A program made the translations under genes and the position numbers. A stretch of 64,000 nucleotides of DNA, from assembly GCA_018396415.1 (NCBI GenBank), contig JAGTRE010000004.1:21380-85379 (forward strand), in the 5' to 3' direction. Source of the stretch: Candidatus Bathyarchaeota archaeon (GTDB lineage: Archaea > Thermoproteota > Bathyarchaeia > RBG-16-48-13 > JAGTRE01). Shown piece after piece: positions 17,169 to 27,844 of the stretch (the stretch's first letter is position 1; each line of letters opens with the position of its first letter). The notes under the pieces are model-generated. The model saw only the letters and a program-made list of their open reading frames with translations. It made no database searches and was not told the DNA's origin.

Positions 17169-18030
17169 GGTTTCTATATCACATCCACTTGATGGTTACT
17201 TACGAAGAGGGGCTCTTCCTCATATATGGTGTGCGGGTTGCGGATATGGAGTCATTTTAAACTGTTTTATTAGAGCCCTGCGGGAACTTGAGTTTAATCT
17301 TAATAATTTAGTTGTGGTCTCGGGAATTGGTTGCATTGGTAGAATCTCAGGTTACATAAATGCGGATGGATTTCACACAACTCATGGGCGGGCGCTAGCT
17401 TTCGCCACTGGCGTTAAACTCGTTCGCCCTCACCTCAAAGTTGTTGTGATTAGCGGAGACGGCGACTTATTTGCAATTGGTGGAAACCACTTCATTCATG
17501 CTGCACGTCGTAATATTGATGTAACAGTAATTTGCGCAAATAATTTTGTTTACGGAATGACTGGAGGTCAGCTTGGTCCGACAACTCCCCTATCCGCTTA
17601 CACCCCGACAACACCGTATGGGAGCGTTGAACATCCATTTAACCTAGTTTATCTGGCAGCTGGGTCAGGCGCTGTCTATGTTGCACGATGGACTATCTTT
17701 CATGTCAGAGAGTTAATTACCTCAATGAAAAAAGCCTTAATGAGGAAAGGGTTAAGTTTTGTTGAGATAATTACACCGTGCCCAACTCTCTTTGGCCGGT
17801 ATAATCGGCTTGGCACTGCCGTGGATATTTTGGAGTGGCTGAAAACGAGCTCGGTCACTCGATACCATAGTAACCCGGCAGAAGCTGAAATTACATTGGG
17901 CGGAAAGATAATTGTAGGCGAATTTATTGACACCGAAAAAGTAACCTATTCGGAGTTAGTTAGGGAAATGACCAAAAAGATCCAGCAACGGCTTGAAAAA
18001 GAGGGAAAATTAACTCTTGCCTCGCTATGA
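17161..18030 (+). CDS. korB: 2-oxoacid:ferredoxin oxidoreductase beta subunit (TPP-binding)
   Basis: WCAGCGYG and GDGD..IGGNH. GTG at 17161 sits 8 nt after GGAGG and overlaps the alpha stop. Confidence 0.85.
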   Translation: MVEVSISHPLDGYLRRGALPHIWCAGCGYGVILNCFIRALRELEFNLNNLVVVSGIGCIGRISGYINADGFHTTHGRALAFATGVKLVRPHLKVVVISGDGDLFAIGGNHFIHAARRNIDVTVICANNFVYGMTGGQLGPTTPLSAYTPTTPYGSVEHPFNLVYLAAGSGAVYVARWTIFHVRELITSMKKALMRKGLSFVEIITPCPTLFGRYNRLGTAVDILEWLKTSSVTRYHSNPAEAEITLGGKIIVGEFIDTEKVTYSELVREMTKKIQQRLEKEGKLTLASL

Positions 18031-18571
18031 GATAAGAATCGCTGGATTCGGTGGTCAGGGAATTGTCAGGGCAGGAGTAATTCTTGGGATAGCCGCATGT
18101 CTCTATAGTGATATGAATGGAACTCAAACAGAGTCTTATGGTCCTGAGGCGAGGGGTGGCGCCTGCAGATCAGAAGTTGTATTATCCGATGAGGAAATCG
18201 ATTACCCGAATGTAGAAACACCCGATGTCCTCATAGTGATGTCGCAGTTGGCCTACAAGATGTATTCCAGTGATATTAAAGAAAATGGGACGATAATTTT
18301 GGATCCGGACATGATTCCATACCGTACAGCTCTTAAGAAAGTCAAAATATATGAAATTCCCGCAACTCGGATTGCTGAAAAAGCCGGTAGCAGAGTTGTT
18401 GCAAATAGTGTAATGCTGGGGGCATTCACAGCCATTTCCAACATAATTAAAAAGACAGCTATGGAGAAGGCCATTGTAGCAAGCTTCCCCTCTGAGACTA
18501 GAAAAATGAATTTACGTGCATTTCGCGAAGGCTACAATTTTGCTAAGAAACTGCTGATGCGACGCGCTTAA
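18017..18571 (+). CDS. korG: 2-oxoacid:ferredoxin oxidoreductase gamma subunit
   Basis: IRIAGFGGQGIV and SYGPEARGG. The delta-alpha-beta-gamma gene order is of the KOR type. Confidence 0.8.
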   Translation: MPRYEIRIAGFGGQGIVRAGVILGIAACLYSDMNGTQTESYGPEARGGACRSEVVLSDEEIDYPNVETPDVLIVMSQLAYKMYSSDIKENGTIILDPDMIPYRTALKKVKIYEIPATRIAEKAGSRVVANSVMLGAFTAISNIIKKTAMEKAIVASFPSETRKMNLRAFREGYNFAKKLLMRRA

Positions 18572-18594
18572 TTCGTCTACACAGTGAAATACAA

Positions 18595-19785
18595 ATGGAG
18601 CAAGATCAACTTCTATCTCTTGCAGAAATATACCGGTTCTCAGCGGATGCTATAAAACACTTATTAACGGTCTATAAAAATCGAACTGAGAATGTTCTAC
18701 AGGCACTAAAGACTCCGGGCAAGCGCTATTATATTCGTGTAAATACCCTAAAAATAGATCCAAATTCCTTCGTTAAAAAGCTGCGGGATAAGGGACTTAG
18801 AGCTGATTACCATCCTCTAATCCCTGAAGCAGTTTTTCTGCCTGTTGAAGGACCACTTAGTCTCCCTGAAGTATCCCAAAAAATTGTCGCCGACAAATAT
18901 GCAGCAGAAAGCGTTTTGCAAGGAGCGAACCTTTATGCACCAGGAGTAACGAACTGCCGTGGAATCAAGAGAGGAGATTTGGTTCTAATTACGGATGAAT
19001 ATGGGCAACCAGTAGGAGCTGGAATCACTCGAATGAATGAAACAGAGATACTGCAATACAGGAAGGGCTTAGCAGTTGAGCTCACACATCCACGCTATAG
19101 AATCCCTTGCTTGAGAGAAACTGAAGAGTTTAAGAACGGTCTTATATATCCGCAATCGTTTCCAGCCATCCTCGCGAGTCGTGTTCTCGATCCACAACCC
19201 GGCGAAACAGTTGTGGACATGTGCGCAGCTCCCGGGGGAAAGACTGGGCACATTGCACAACTCATGCATGACAAGGGACTAGTTATTGCTATTGATAGGA
19301 ATCAAGAGAAGATAACTGAGCTTAGCGGAACCGTTACTCGCCTAGGTTTCAAAAATGTTAAACTAATTTGCCAAGACGCACGTTATCTTGACATTAATTT
19401 GCCGAATCTAAAAGCTGATCGCGTTATTATAGATCCTCCGTGTTCAGCGATGGGGGTTAGGCCAAAGCTTTTCGACCATACAACTGACGCCGAAATCCGT
19501 TCTCTTTCTGAATATCAACGTCAATTCATTCGTGTTGCTGCTAAGATTGTGAAGCCAAATGGGGTCGTCGTATACAGCACATGCACCCTTACGGTTAATG
19601 AGAACGAGGAAAATTTACGGTACGCAGTTGAAGAGTGTGGGCTCGAACCGGAAGATATCCCATTTAAATACGGCTCAAAAGGGCTTGAATGGGTTTTCTC
19701 CGGTGCTAGATGTGCACTACGGTTTGATCCTGACGTCCACGATTCTCCAGGTTACTTCATAGCTAGATTCCGAAAAATAAGTTAA
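18595..19785 (+). CDS. RNA cytosine-C5 methyltransferase (NOL1/NOP2/Sun family) with a PUA-like N-terminal region
   Basis: DMCAAPGGKT (SAM site), IIDPPCSAMG, YSTCTL. Confidence 0.75.
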   Translation: MEQDQLLSLAEIYRFSADAIKHLLTVYKNRTENVLQALKTPGKRYYIRVNTLKIDPNSFVKKLRDKGLRADYHPLIPEAVFLPVEGPLSLPEVSQKIVADKYAAESVLQGANLYAPGVTNCRGIKRGDLVLITDEYGQPVGAGITRMNETEILQYRKGLAVELTHPRYRIPCLRETEEFKNGLIYPQSFPAILASRVLDPQPGETVVDMCAAPGGKTGHIAQLMHDKGLVIAIDRNQEKITELSGTVTRLGFKNVKLICQDARYLDINLPNLKADRVIIDPPCSAMGVRPKLFDHTTDAEIRSLSEYQRQFIRVAAKIVKPNGVVVYSTCTLTVNENEENLRYAVEECGLEPEDIPFKYGSKGLEWVFSGARCALRFDPDVHDSPGYFIARFRKIS

Positions 19786-19881
19786 TCTGATTTTTATTAA
19801 GGTTAATAAAAGATAATAAATAGAAAGCATGTAGAATGTCAATACATTGTATTTACCAAATTATGAACGAAGTGAACAGTG

Positions 19882-20121
19882 ATGGGGCGTCGCCGCCGCA
19901 AGGTAGTTAGAATTCCGAAAAAGCGTTTGCCAAAGGTATTTTTGTGTCCTAAATGTGGAAGAGAAGCTATCAGGGTTATCCAAGTTAAAGGTTCAAATCT
20001 TGCAACCGTGACTTGCGGTGCATGCGGTTTAAAGGATACAGTTCAGACAGTGCCTGCTTGGGCGCCCGTAGATGTTTATTCAACTTGGGCTGACAAGTAT
20101 TACAAGTCTGTAAGCGCTTAG
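19882..20121 (+). CDS. elf1: Elf1-like transcription elongation factor (zinc ribbon)
   Basis: Basic N-terminus MGRRRRKVVRIPKKRLPK, CPKC..x22..CGAC, then PVDVYSTWADKYY, which resembles eukaryotic Elf1 PVDVYSDW. Confidence 0.7.
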   Translation: MGRRRRKVVRIPKKRLPKVFLCPKCGREAIRVIQVKGSNLATVTCGACGLKDTVQTVPAWAPVDVYSTWADKYYKSVSA

Positions 20122-20204
20122 GTTAGGAGCGATCACTAACAAAACCTATAGCAATTTTCTGAAGTATTCTATTTGAGTGTTTCCAAATACGTGGAGATAT
20201 TCGT

Positions 20205-20969
20205 ATGGGGCAGGTTGAAAAATACCTACTTGAAAAGATTAGGCAAGAAGGAGCGATTCATCTAACTCTAATCGACCCCGATAAAGAGTCCCCAGAAAGC
20301 GGAGCAAAGGTCGCGCAAGAAGCTGAAGCTGGTGGAACAGCCGCCATAATGATCGGAGGATCCACTGCAGCTTCAACTTTACATATGGATGCGTTAATCA
20401 CCGCAATTAAAAAAGTGACAACGCTTCCCGTGATAATTTTCCCGGGTAATGTCTTTAGTGTCAGTCAATATGCTGATGCTATATGGTTTATGTCTTTATT
20501 AAACTCGTTTAATCCTTATTATATTACCGAAGCTCAAGCTCTTGGAGCCCCCCTCATCAAGAAATACAACTTGGAGCCATTACCAATGGGCTACATTATA
20601 GTTGGTGAAGGTGGTACAGCCGGTTATATTGGTCAAGCGCATCCGATTCCTTACGACCGTCCCGAGATCGCAGCTCTCTACGCTCTAGCAGCGCAATATC
20701 TAGGGATGCGCTTTGTATACTTGGAAGCTGGGTCTGGAGCCAAACATCCGGTTCCACCCGAAATGGTCGCTAAAGTTCGGCAGTTTATCGACATCACTAC
20801 GGTTGTCGGTGGAGGAATTAGAACTGGAACTGATGCTGCAAAAATAGTAGAGGCAGGAGCAGATGCTATTGTCACTGGGACCGTGGTAGAAAAAACTGTT
20901 TCCGTAACTCAAAAAATTAGTGAAATTACAAAGGGTATTAAAACCGCTTTGAACAGAAGGATGAGGTAG
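20205..20969 (+). CDS. Geranylgeranylglyceryl phosphate synthase (PcrB/GGGPS family)
   Basis: HLTLIDPDK, GGS, YLEAGSGA and VGGGIR motifs; about 250 aa. Confidence 0.8.
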   Translation: MGQVEKYLLEKIRQEGAIHLTLIDPDKESPESGAKVAQEAEAGGTAAIMIGGSTAASTLHMDALITAIKKVTTLPVIIFPGNVFSVSQYADAIWFMSLLNSFNPYYITEAQALGAPLIKKYNLEPLPMGYIIVGEGGTAGYIGQAHPIPYDRPEIAALYALAAQYLGMRFVYLEAGSGAKHPVPPEMVAKVRQFIDITTVVGGGIRTGTDAAKIVEAGADAIVTGTVVEKTVSVTQKISEITKGIKTALNRRMR

Positions 20970-21080
20970 CTTCATTCTGAACTTTTCCTCGGGTTTATGG
21001 AGGTCGGTAACTCAAACTCCAATTTAATCAAGAAACTCAAATACAACGATATAGAGACTAAATTTTGATGGAGGGCTTTT

Positions 21081-24000
21081 TTGCAATTGGCAAGTGATGA
21101 CTATCAACGCTACTTTTTAGAAATAAATCAAACTCTTCAATCTCTTTACGAGATTGCACGAAAGGCAAGGCGATGTGGATATGACCCGACATTTGAGCCC
21201 GAGCCTCATATCGCCCTTGATCTAGCTGAACGTGTTGAAGGTTTAGTTGGTCCTCCTGGTGTTGCCAATCGTATTCGTGAACTCAATGGTATCTTAAAGA
21301 CGCGTGAAGAAGTTGCTTTCAAGATAGCTGAAGAAATTGTCTACGGGAAATTCGGACATTTAGATGAGCAGCGAGCTGCAGATCAAGCTGTGAGAACAGC
21401 CTTAGCCATCCTTACCGAGGGGATTACCGCTGCACCATTACAAGGCATAGCTCAAGTAAGCATTAAAGTAAATCCTGATCGCACCCGATATCTCGCCATA
21501 TATTTCGCTGGTCCAATTCGCTCAGCGGGTGGGACCGAAGCAGCGCTCACTTTGGTTATTGGGGACTTCATACGTAGGCTCATCGGCGTCGACAGATACA
21601 AACCAACGGATGAAGAAATTGGACGGTTTATCGAAGAACTTCGGCTGTATGAGAGAGAAGTTTCACGATTTCAGTATCACGTTTTAGATGAAAGTTTAGA
21701 AAACGCTTTAAGAAGTCTCCCCATCGAGGTGACCGGCACCGAAACGGATCCCGTTGAAGTTTCTTCATTTAGAAATCTCCCACGTATTGAAACTAATCGG
21801 GTTAGAGGTGGAGCCCTTCGAGTTATAAATGATGGAATCATCGGACGATCGAGTAAGGTATGGAAAAGCATTGAATTACTTGGAATCGATGGATGGGATT
21901 GGTTAAAACGGGTTCGCGAATTTAAAGAGGATGTAGCGGAAGAGGCTACAGAGTTTATGTATATGGAGGACGTTATAGCTGGGCGTCCAATCTTTTCTTT
22001 CCCGTCGTGGAGCGGGGGGTTCAGACTTCGTTATGGACGCTCCAGAAATACGGGGTTAGCCGCCGTTGGACTTCATCCAGCAACTATGAGTGTCCTCCAA
22101 AATTTCTTAGCAATTGGAACCCAACTACGTATTGAAAAACCCGGGAAGGCGGGTTTAGTTGCCCCAGTTGATACAATTGAACCTCCAATCGTGAAACTTA
22201 AGGACGGATCTGTTACTCGTGTTGAAACGGTAGAAGAGGCAGAGCGAGTTAGGAACTCGATTGAGAAAATACTATTTCTCGGTGACATTCTCATTTCTTT
22301 TGGTGACTTTTTAGAGAACAATAAGCCTCTGGCCCCATCTGGATTTACTGAAGAATGGTGGGGAGAAGAGCTCCTTATTCGGATTAAAAAAACGTTTAAT
22401 GGGTCAATTGAAAGGGCAGCAACCGCTACCGACATTCCTCAAGGGCGCCTTGAAAGCTTTCTTACTCAACCAATTAAAAATAAACCTACACCGGAAGAAG
22501 CTATCAAATTAACAACCGCCCTAAACGTGCCCTTACACCCACGTTATACATATTTTTGGGATGACATAACAGTTGATGAACTCCTCAAATTAAGGTCGAT
22601 ACTTCTCGGCGCTACAAAGACAGTTGAAGGGCGCTTCGTTAAAAAAATTACAGCAGAGTTCAATCAGGAGATTAAGGATATTCTGGAGCGATTATGTGTT
22701 CCACACAAGGTTTCTAACAATATTATGACGATAGACAGCGATGCGCCGACTCTTGCATTTAGCCTTCGTTTAGATAATCCCAAGCTCAAAGTGAAATCTA
22801 CGAGAAGCACGTTAGAAGCCGTTAAAGAGTTAGCCGGTGCTGACATTCGGTGTAAAGTGGGCACGTATATTGGGGCTAGGATGGGGCGTCCCGAAAAGGC
22901 CAAGAAGCGTGAGATGAGCCCGCCCGTCCATGTGCTTTTTCCAATCGGCTTAGCTGGTGGGCCGCATCGGGATTTAGCTGAAGCAGCGAGAAAAGAGGTA
23001 ATTCAAGTTGAAATAGTTAGAAGGCGCTGTCCTAGTTGCAATAATGTCACAATTAATTTAGTCTGCCCTCATTGTGGCGTAGAAACTAGTCTTGAAAAAG
23101 TCTGCCCAAATTGTGGTAGAACGATTAATGAGGAGATCTGTCCGGTTTGCAAAGGGCGTGCACGGTATTACGAAAGACGCCAAGTGAACGTTAGCGAATT
23201 ACTTAGATATGCATGCAAAAAGCTCGGAGAGGATAAGCCAATTCCTGTTAAAGCGGTAAAAGGGCTGATGAGTGAAACTCGTACTCCAGAATTGATCGAG
23301 AAAGGAATATTACGAGCTAAGCATGGACTCACCGTATTTAAAGATGGAACAACTCGTTTCGATGCAACGAACGCCCCGCTTACCCACTTTATGCCATCTG
23401 AAATTGGTGTTTCAATCGATAAACTTCGGTGCTTCGGATATATTTATGACCAAGATGGTAACGAGCTTCGAGATCCGCAGCAGATCTGCGAACTTAAAGT
23501 CCAAGATGTCATAATCCCAGTAAAATGTGCACGATATCTCGTTCAAGTTGCCCAATTTTTAGACGAATTACTGGAGAAAGTTTATGGGCTTCAGCCATAT
23601 TACAAGGTGAATCGCGACGAAGATCTTCTAGGCCATTTAATAATTGGGCTTGCACCGCATACATCAGCAGGAGTTATCGGTAGAATTATTGGATTTACTA
23701 AGGCCAATGTCTGTTATGCGCATCCACTATGGCATACTGCAAAACGACGCGATTGTGATGGGGATGAAGATGCGATCATGCTGGCTCTCGATCCATTGAT
23801 TAACTTCTCGAAATTCTATCTTCCAGCTCAAATTGGTGGAATGATGGATGCGCCTCTTCTCTTAAATCCTATTATTAATCCATCGGAGGTCGGTCATGAA
23901 GCATTAAATGTTGACGTTGCCAGCAAGTATCCGCTTATTTTTTACGAGAGCACATTAAAGGCGATTAGCCCTAAGGTAATGGCTAAACTAATTGACCTCA

Positions 24001-24506
24001 TTGGTCACCGGCTAAGCACGTCAGCTCAATTCCAAGCGATGCACTATACACATTTTACCACTGATATTAACGCCGGAAATTATGAAAGCGCCTACAAAAA
24101 GCTTGGAGCGATGCTTAATAAAATGGACAGCCAGCTCGCTTTAGCGGAAAAGATTCGCGCGGTTGATGCCAAAGCGGTTGCCAAACGTGTTCTAACGACA
24201 CACCTAATACGCGATATTGCTGGAAATCTTAAGGCATTTTCCACTCAATCATTCCGCTGTAAACGTTGTAATTTGAAATATCGCCGTATTCCTCTTCGAG
24301 GTCAATGCCTGAAATGTGGTGGGCAACTTGTTCCAACGGTTTATCGGGGTGGCATCGAGAAGTATTTGAACGCAGCAGCTAATCTGGCTAAGAAATACGG
24401 TATTGAAGACTACTATCGCCAACGAATCACGATTATCGAGGATGAGCTCACTCTTCTCTTTAAGGCACCAAAAGCGAAACAAGTCAGTTTAGGAGAATTC
24501 ATGTGA
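21081..24506 (+). CDS. dp2: DNA polymerase II (PolD) large subunit DP2
   Basis: 1141 aa. Cys clusters CPSC..CPHC and CPNC..CPVC, conserved GLAPHTSAG and RRDCDGDEDA, and a C-terminal zinc motif CKRC..CLKCGG. The length argues against an intein. Confidence 0.92.
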   Translation: MQLASDDYQRYFLEINQTLQSLYEIARKARRCGYDPTFEPEPHIALDLAERVEGLVGPPGVANRIRELNGILKTREEVAFKIAEEIVYGKFGHLDEQRAADQAVRTALAILTEGITAAPLQGIAQVSIKVNPDRTRYLAIYFAGPIRSAGGTEAALTLVIGDFIRRLIGVDRYKPTDEEIGRFIEELRLYEREVSRFQYHVLDESLENALRSLPIEVTGTETDPVEVSSFRNLPRIETNRVRGGALRVINDGIIGRSSKVWKSIELLGIDGWDWLKRVREFKEDVAEEATEFMYMEDVIAGRPIFSFPSWSGGFRLRYGRSRNTGLAAVGLHPATMSVLQNFLAIGTQLRIEKPGKAGLVAPVDTIEPPIVKLKDGSVTRVETVEEAERVRNSIEKILFLGDILISFGDFLENNKPLAPSGFTEEWWGEELLIRIKKTFNGSIERAATATDIPQGRLESFLTQPIKNKPTPEEAIKLTTALNVPLHPRYTYFWDDITVDELLKLRSILLGATKTVEGRFVKKITAEFNQEIKDILERLCVPHKVSNNIMTIDSDAPTLAFSLRLDNPKLKVKSTRSTLEAVKELAGADIRCKVGTYIGARMGRPEKAKKREMSPPVHVLFPIGLAGGPHRDLAEAARKEVIQVEIVRRRCPSCNNVTINLVCPHCGVETSLEKVCPNCGRTINEEICPVCKGRARYYERRQVNVSELLRYACKKLGEDKPIPVKAVKGLMSETRTPELIEKGILRAKHGLTVFKDGTTRFDATNAPLTHFMPSEIGVSIDKLRCFGYIYDQDGNELRDPQQICELKVQDVIIPVKCARYLVQVAQFLDELLEKVYGLQPYYKVNRDEDLLGHLIIGLAPHTSAGVIGRIIGFTKANVCYAHPLWHTAKRRDCDGDEDAIMLALDPLINFSKFYLPAQIGGMMDAPLLLNPIINPSEVGHEALNVDVASKYPLIFYESTLKAISPKVMAKLIDLIGHRLSTSAQFQAMHYTHFTTDINAGNYESAYKKLGAMLNKMDSQLALAEKIRAVDAKAVAKRVLTTHLIRDIAGNLKAFSTQSFRCKRCNLKYRRIPLRGQCLKCGGQLVPTVYRGGIEKYLNAAANLAKKYGIEDYYRQRITIIEDELTLLFKAPKAKQVSLGEFM

Positions 24507-24518
24507 TGCGAGAGCGTC

Positions 24519-24785
24519 ATGATGAAAGAAAGCTTTCACCCTAAGGCACGCCTTACTAAACGAAGGAATATTCGTACAGGGCTCTCAACTAGAACAAAAA
24601 TACTTATCGCTCTGGAAAAAGGAGAGAAACATGCTAAAGAAGTTGCTGTTTTAGCCAACGTAAGTTACCATACTGTCATTCACCATCTTCGACTCTTGGA
24701 AGATGAGAAAATTGCACGAAGGAAAGGAGAAAGAAAACCCTTTTTATGGGAGTTAACTGGTGTAGGTCAACAACGACTTATATAA
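24519..24785 (+). CDS. ArsR-family winged-helix regulator
   Basis: TRTKILIALEKGEKHAKEVAVLANVSYHTVIHHLRLLEDEKI. Confidence 0.55.
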   Translation: MMKESFHPKARLTKRRNIRTGLSTRTKILIALEKGEKHAKEVAVLANVSYHTVIHHLRLLEDEKIARRKGERKPFLWELTGVGQQRLI

Positions 24786-24844
24786 ATAATTCCGATCCCT
24801 AACTTTTACACATTCGCTCATAGTTACAGCAATGGGGTTTTTCA

Positions 24845-25138
24845 ATGGTTACAATCCGAGATTTTCAAGATTTGATGAAGGAACTTTATTTCCATCGCGA
24901 CTCTCAGCGTGGTGTAGACCGCACCTATATATGGCTGGTAGAAGAGGTTGGGGAACTTGGAGACGCGATTATTACCAACAATCAAACAGCAATAGAAGAT
25001 GAGGTAAGTGATATTTTTGCTTGGCTTGCTAGTCTTTGCAATATTCTAAACTTTGATCTTGAATCGGTTGTAATGAAGAAGTACAAGAATTCATGTCCAC
25101 GTTGTAAAAGCCGGCCCTGCAGATGTCCATTAGTTTAG
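24845..25138 (+). CDS. MazG-like nucleotide pyrophosphohydrolase
   Basis: WLVEEVGELGDAI and EDEVSDIFAWL (EExxE/D pairs), with a Cys-rich tail CPRCKSRPCRCP. Confidence 0.6.
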   Translation: MVTIRDFQDLMKELYFHRDSQRGVDRTYIWLVEEVGELGDAIITNNQTAIEDEVSDIFAWLASLCNILNFDLESVVMKKYKNSCPRCKSRPCRCPLV

Positions 25139-25301
25139 TTACCCAGTTTTTCAGATTTCAATTTCTCCGCTAACAGCCATAATGCCTGTCCCAGAGTAAA
25201 AATAATCACCCTTCTTAGATTGTTGTCTAGGTTAAACCAAAGTTTATGATGTATAACGATTTATAAATCCGTTTTACGCTATTGCCAAAGGATGAGCTGA
25301 C

Positions 25302-25493
25302 ATGAGCAGGGAGAAACGACGAAAGGAAAGTAGCCCAATGCCAGCTGTCTCAGCTGGTTTGCTACGATTTTTCGAAGAAGAGTCAACTGGGATAAAAATT
25401 AGGCCTGAAGTAATAGTATTGGCAGCAGTTTCACTTATTGTTATGTGCATATTAGCGCAGTTGTATTCAGTTAGTATGTTTCCGATCCCATAG
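25302..25493 (+). CDS. secG: Preprotein translocase subunit Sec61-beta (archaeal SecG)
   Basis: SAGLLRFFEEES followed by a single C-terminal TM helix; 63 aa. Confidence 0.65.
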   Translation: MSREKRRKESSPMPAVSAGLLRFFEEESTGIKIRPEVIVLAAVSLIVMCILAQLYSVSMFPIP

Positions 25494-25533
25494 TCATTTT
25501 TACGTTTGTAAAATTCAGTATTCGGCAGAAAAC

Positions 25534-26700
25534 TTACCCAGCAGTATTTTTTGTTCGGCTCGCTAGTATAGCTCCGAGAACCACTATAGCGGATAAACTG
25601 AGGAAAGCAAACTTCCAACCTATGACATCTATAGTATATCCAACAAGGGCTGGCGTTACAGCGCCAATCGCAGTTCCAGCTGCGTTCACGATTCCAAATG
25701 CAGTCCCGCGTTTATCCTCAGAAATTAAATCGGCCAATAAAGCAGACATTACCGGAAAATATCCATATAATGAAAATCCGAAACAAATTAGGACAAGCGC
25801 AAGTAGAAATGGAATCGTAATCATTACTATGGCCGAAGTAAATATTGCTGCGGAAAGTAGAGAAGCAGCTATTACCGCATTTCTTCCGAACTTGTCAGAA
25901 GCGCTGCCTAGAACTACCATTCCAAATAATCCAGCTATGAAAAGAATTGAAGTAAGCATCCCAGCTGTTTCGAGGCTTATTTTGCCTTCTTCAATTAGAT
26001 AGGTGGGTATAAAAGTTATTGCTCCGCAGTAACAGACGTCCCCGATAATATAAACCAATAAGAGTGTTAAGAAGGATCGTTTCAACACTGCGCGCATCCG
26101 TGATTCCAATCTTGGTTGTTGCTTGTTTACAGCGGGATCTTTTATAAATATCCAAAATAGAGTACCAACTACTAAACCAGGGATAAGGCAAGCGAAAAAT
26201 GGTGCGCGCCAGTTTATCGTCGCCGCAAGCAAACCCGCAAAAGTAGGTCCGAGGATGGATCCAGCTGGCGCTGCACTATCATGTATGCCGAGTACTTTTC
26301 CACGCTTCGAATGATGGAAATAACTGGTTATGAGTGACATCCCTGCAGCGAAATAAACTCCCGCTCCTAGGCCTGTTAAAGCCTGAAACAATATGATTTG
26401 TCCAAGATTTCCAGCAAACCCTGTTAGAAAAGTCCCTATTGAAAAACATATTATACCCGGAGCTATTATCCATTTTCTATTAATTCTATCTGCAAGTATA
26501 CCCGACGGAATCTGCATTAGAGCGTAAGTCAAGTAGAAACTCGTCGCTATCAACCCAATTTGAGTATATGTTAACTGGAAATCTTCCTTAATTAAGGGAA
26601 GAAGAGGGGGGACAATCATTCGAATCAAGAAATTCATAAACCAAGCTAACCAACAAAGAGTGAGTACAGTGTAAGCATATCGCCACCTAAATAACTCCAT
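25534..26700 (-). CDS. MFS transporter
   Basis: About 12 predicted TM helices, with GILADRINRK (MFS motif A-like). Confidence 0.7.
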   Translation of the reverse strand: MELFRWRYAYTVLTLCWLAWFMNFLIRMIVPPLLPLIKEDFQLTYTQIGLIATSFYLTYALMQIPSGILADRINRKWIIAPGIICFSIGTFLTGFAGNLGQIILFQALTGLGAGVYFAAGMSLITSYFHHSKRGKVLGIHDSAAPAGSILGPTFAGLLAATINWRAPFFACLIPGLVVGTLFWIFIKDPAVNKQQPRLESRMRAVLKRSFLTLLLVYIIGDVCYCGAITFIPTYLIEEGKISLETAGMLTSILFIAGLFGMVVLGSASDKFGRNAVIAASLLSAAIFTSAIVMITIPFLLALVLICFGFSLYGYFPVMSALLADLISEDKRGTAFGIVNAAGTAIGAVTPALVGYTIDVIGWKFAFLSLSAIVVLGAILASRTKNTAG

Positions 26701-26783
26701 TAACCTTTTCCGCCATTAGGCACCGTGTTACCTATTTGCTCTTCTCATAAAGTTTATTATACGACACTTGGTTTACGAATCAG

Positions 26784-27812
26784 CTACAGGAACTTTTGTA
26801 ATGGTTTTTGTTCAAACCGGGGAATAGGGCGCGACTTCACACCGCATTTTTTACATAAGTATTCCGCCAGCGCCTCTTCATATCCGAAGCAAGTATACAC
26901 CATGGACGGCTTTGACTCTTTAACGTAGTTAACAAGTTGCTTAAAATCAGAATGACTGGAAAGTGGAAATGCGGCATTTACCGTTCTCGGTTTAAACCGA
27001 ACAGCCCAACCAGTCGTAATTGCTCTGGAAATCTTTCTAGACAATTTAAGTGTAGCGAAGGTAGGTGTAACATATGCGCAAAAACCGTTAACTAACTCCT
27101 CTCTTCCTTCCTTTGTTTCAGCGTCAATAAATTCTAATGCAAGACCAAATTCCTTGCACACGTTGCTTATTTTTGTTACAAGCTTATGTGTAACGACTGG
27201 AATTTCGGTAAAAAGATTAAGAAGCTTTATGATTTCTTGGGCTTTTCCAGCAGGGTATACTTGGAAGACCGGAATTTTTCTTTCACGCACTTGGTTAACT
27301 GCCCACTTAGCTATCTCCATATATGTGATTTCCCTGGGCGGAAAGATAAATGCGGGATTTCCATAGGTTGCTTCAACAATTAATATGTCGCATTCAATGG
27401 CTTTCGCTGAAATGGTTGTTAAGGTATCGACGCAGTTAATATCTCCTGTATAAACTATAGTTTCATTTTGAGTTCTAAATTCAAACTGAGTTGAGCCTAA
27501 CATATGTCCGGCATTATAAGCAGTAACCTCAACGTCATCCAGTTCAATTGCTTCATTATGCCGTGTCAGGTGAGCTTTTGTAACCTCCCTATTATGTCCT
27601 TTCTCATAGAGTTGTAACGTTTCTGCGGTCGAGTATTTTTTTGCTTCACTATTGAAGCCTGCCGTGTGATCACCATGGGCGTGTGAGATAAAGGCATGGT
27701 CTCCCGTAAAATTGCTTGACTGGGGGTCAAGGAAAATCTTAGTTTTCCCGAAGTCAAAAATTATTCCATTAGCCCAGCCCAACCTAAGCTTATACGTGTT
27801 ATTCTCCCTCAT
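26784..27812 (-). CDS. Short beta-CASP-type metallo-beta-lactamase-fold nuclease
   Basis: HAHGDH, NAGHMLGS, YTGD, VEATYG (beta-CASP motif A-like), LSSHSD (motif B-like). Motif C appears altered (YTCFG where vHGe is expected). Confidence 0.6.
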   Translation of the reverse strand: MRENNTYKLRLGWANGIIFDFGKTKIFLDPQSSNFTGDHAFISHAHGDHTAGFNSEAKKYSTAETLQLYEKGHNREVTKAHLTRHNEAIELDDVEVTAYNAGHMLGSTQFEFRTQNETIVYTGDINCVDTLTTISAKAIECDILIVEATYGNPAFIFPPREITYMEIAKWAVNQVRERKIPVFQVYPAGKAQEIIKLLNLFTEIPVVTHKLVTKISNVCKEFGLALEFIDAETKEGREELVNGFCAYVTPTFATLKLSRKISRAITTGWAVRFKPRTVNAAFPLSSHSDFKQLVNYVKESKPSMVYTCFGYEEALAEYLCKKCGVKSRPIPRFEQKPLQKFL

Positions 27813-27844
27813 TATTCAGCGACATAAACGAGATGGTGTCCTAT

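Noticed and set aside
21081-24506. Inteins in PolD DP2, AtpA, NrdD or Cdc6
   Set aside because: All have ordinary lengths (1141, 589, 737 and about 417 aa). Their conserved motifs are contiguous, with no Hint/endonuclease-like insertion.
25274-25618. 114-aa minus-strand ORF overlapping secG
   Set aside because: It is antisense to the Sec61-beta gene, which has the diagnostic SAGLLRFF motif plus a TM helix, and it overlaps the 3' end of the MFS gene. It has no motifs.
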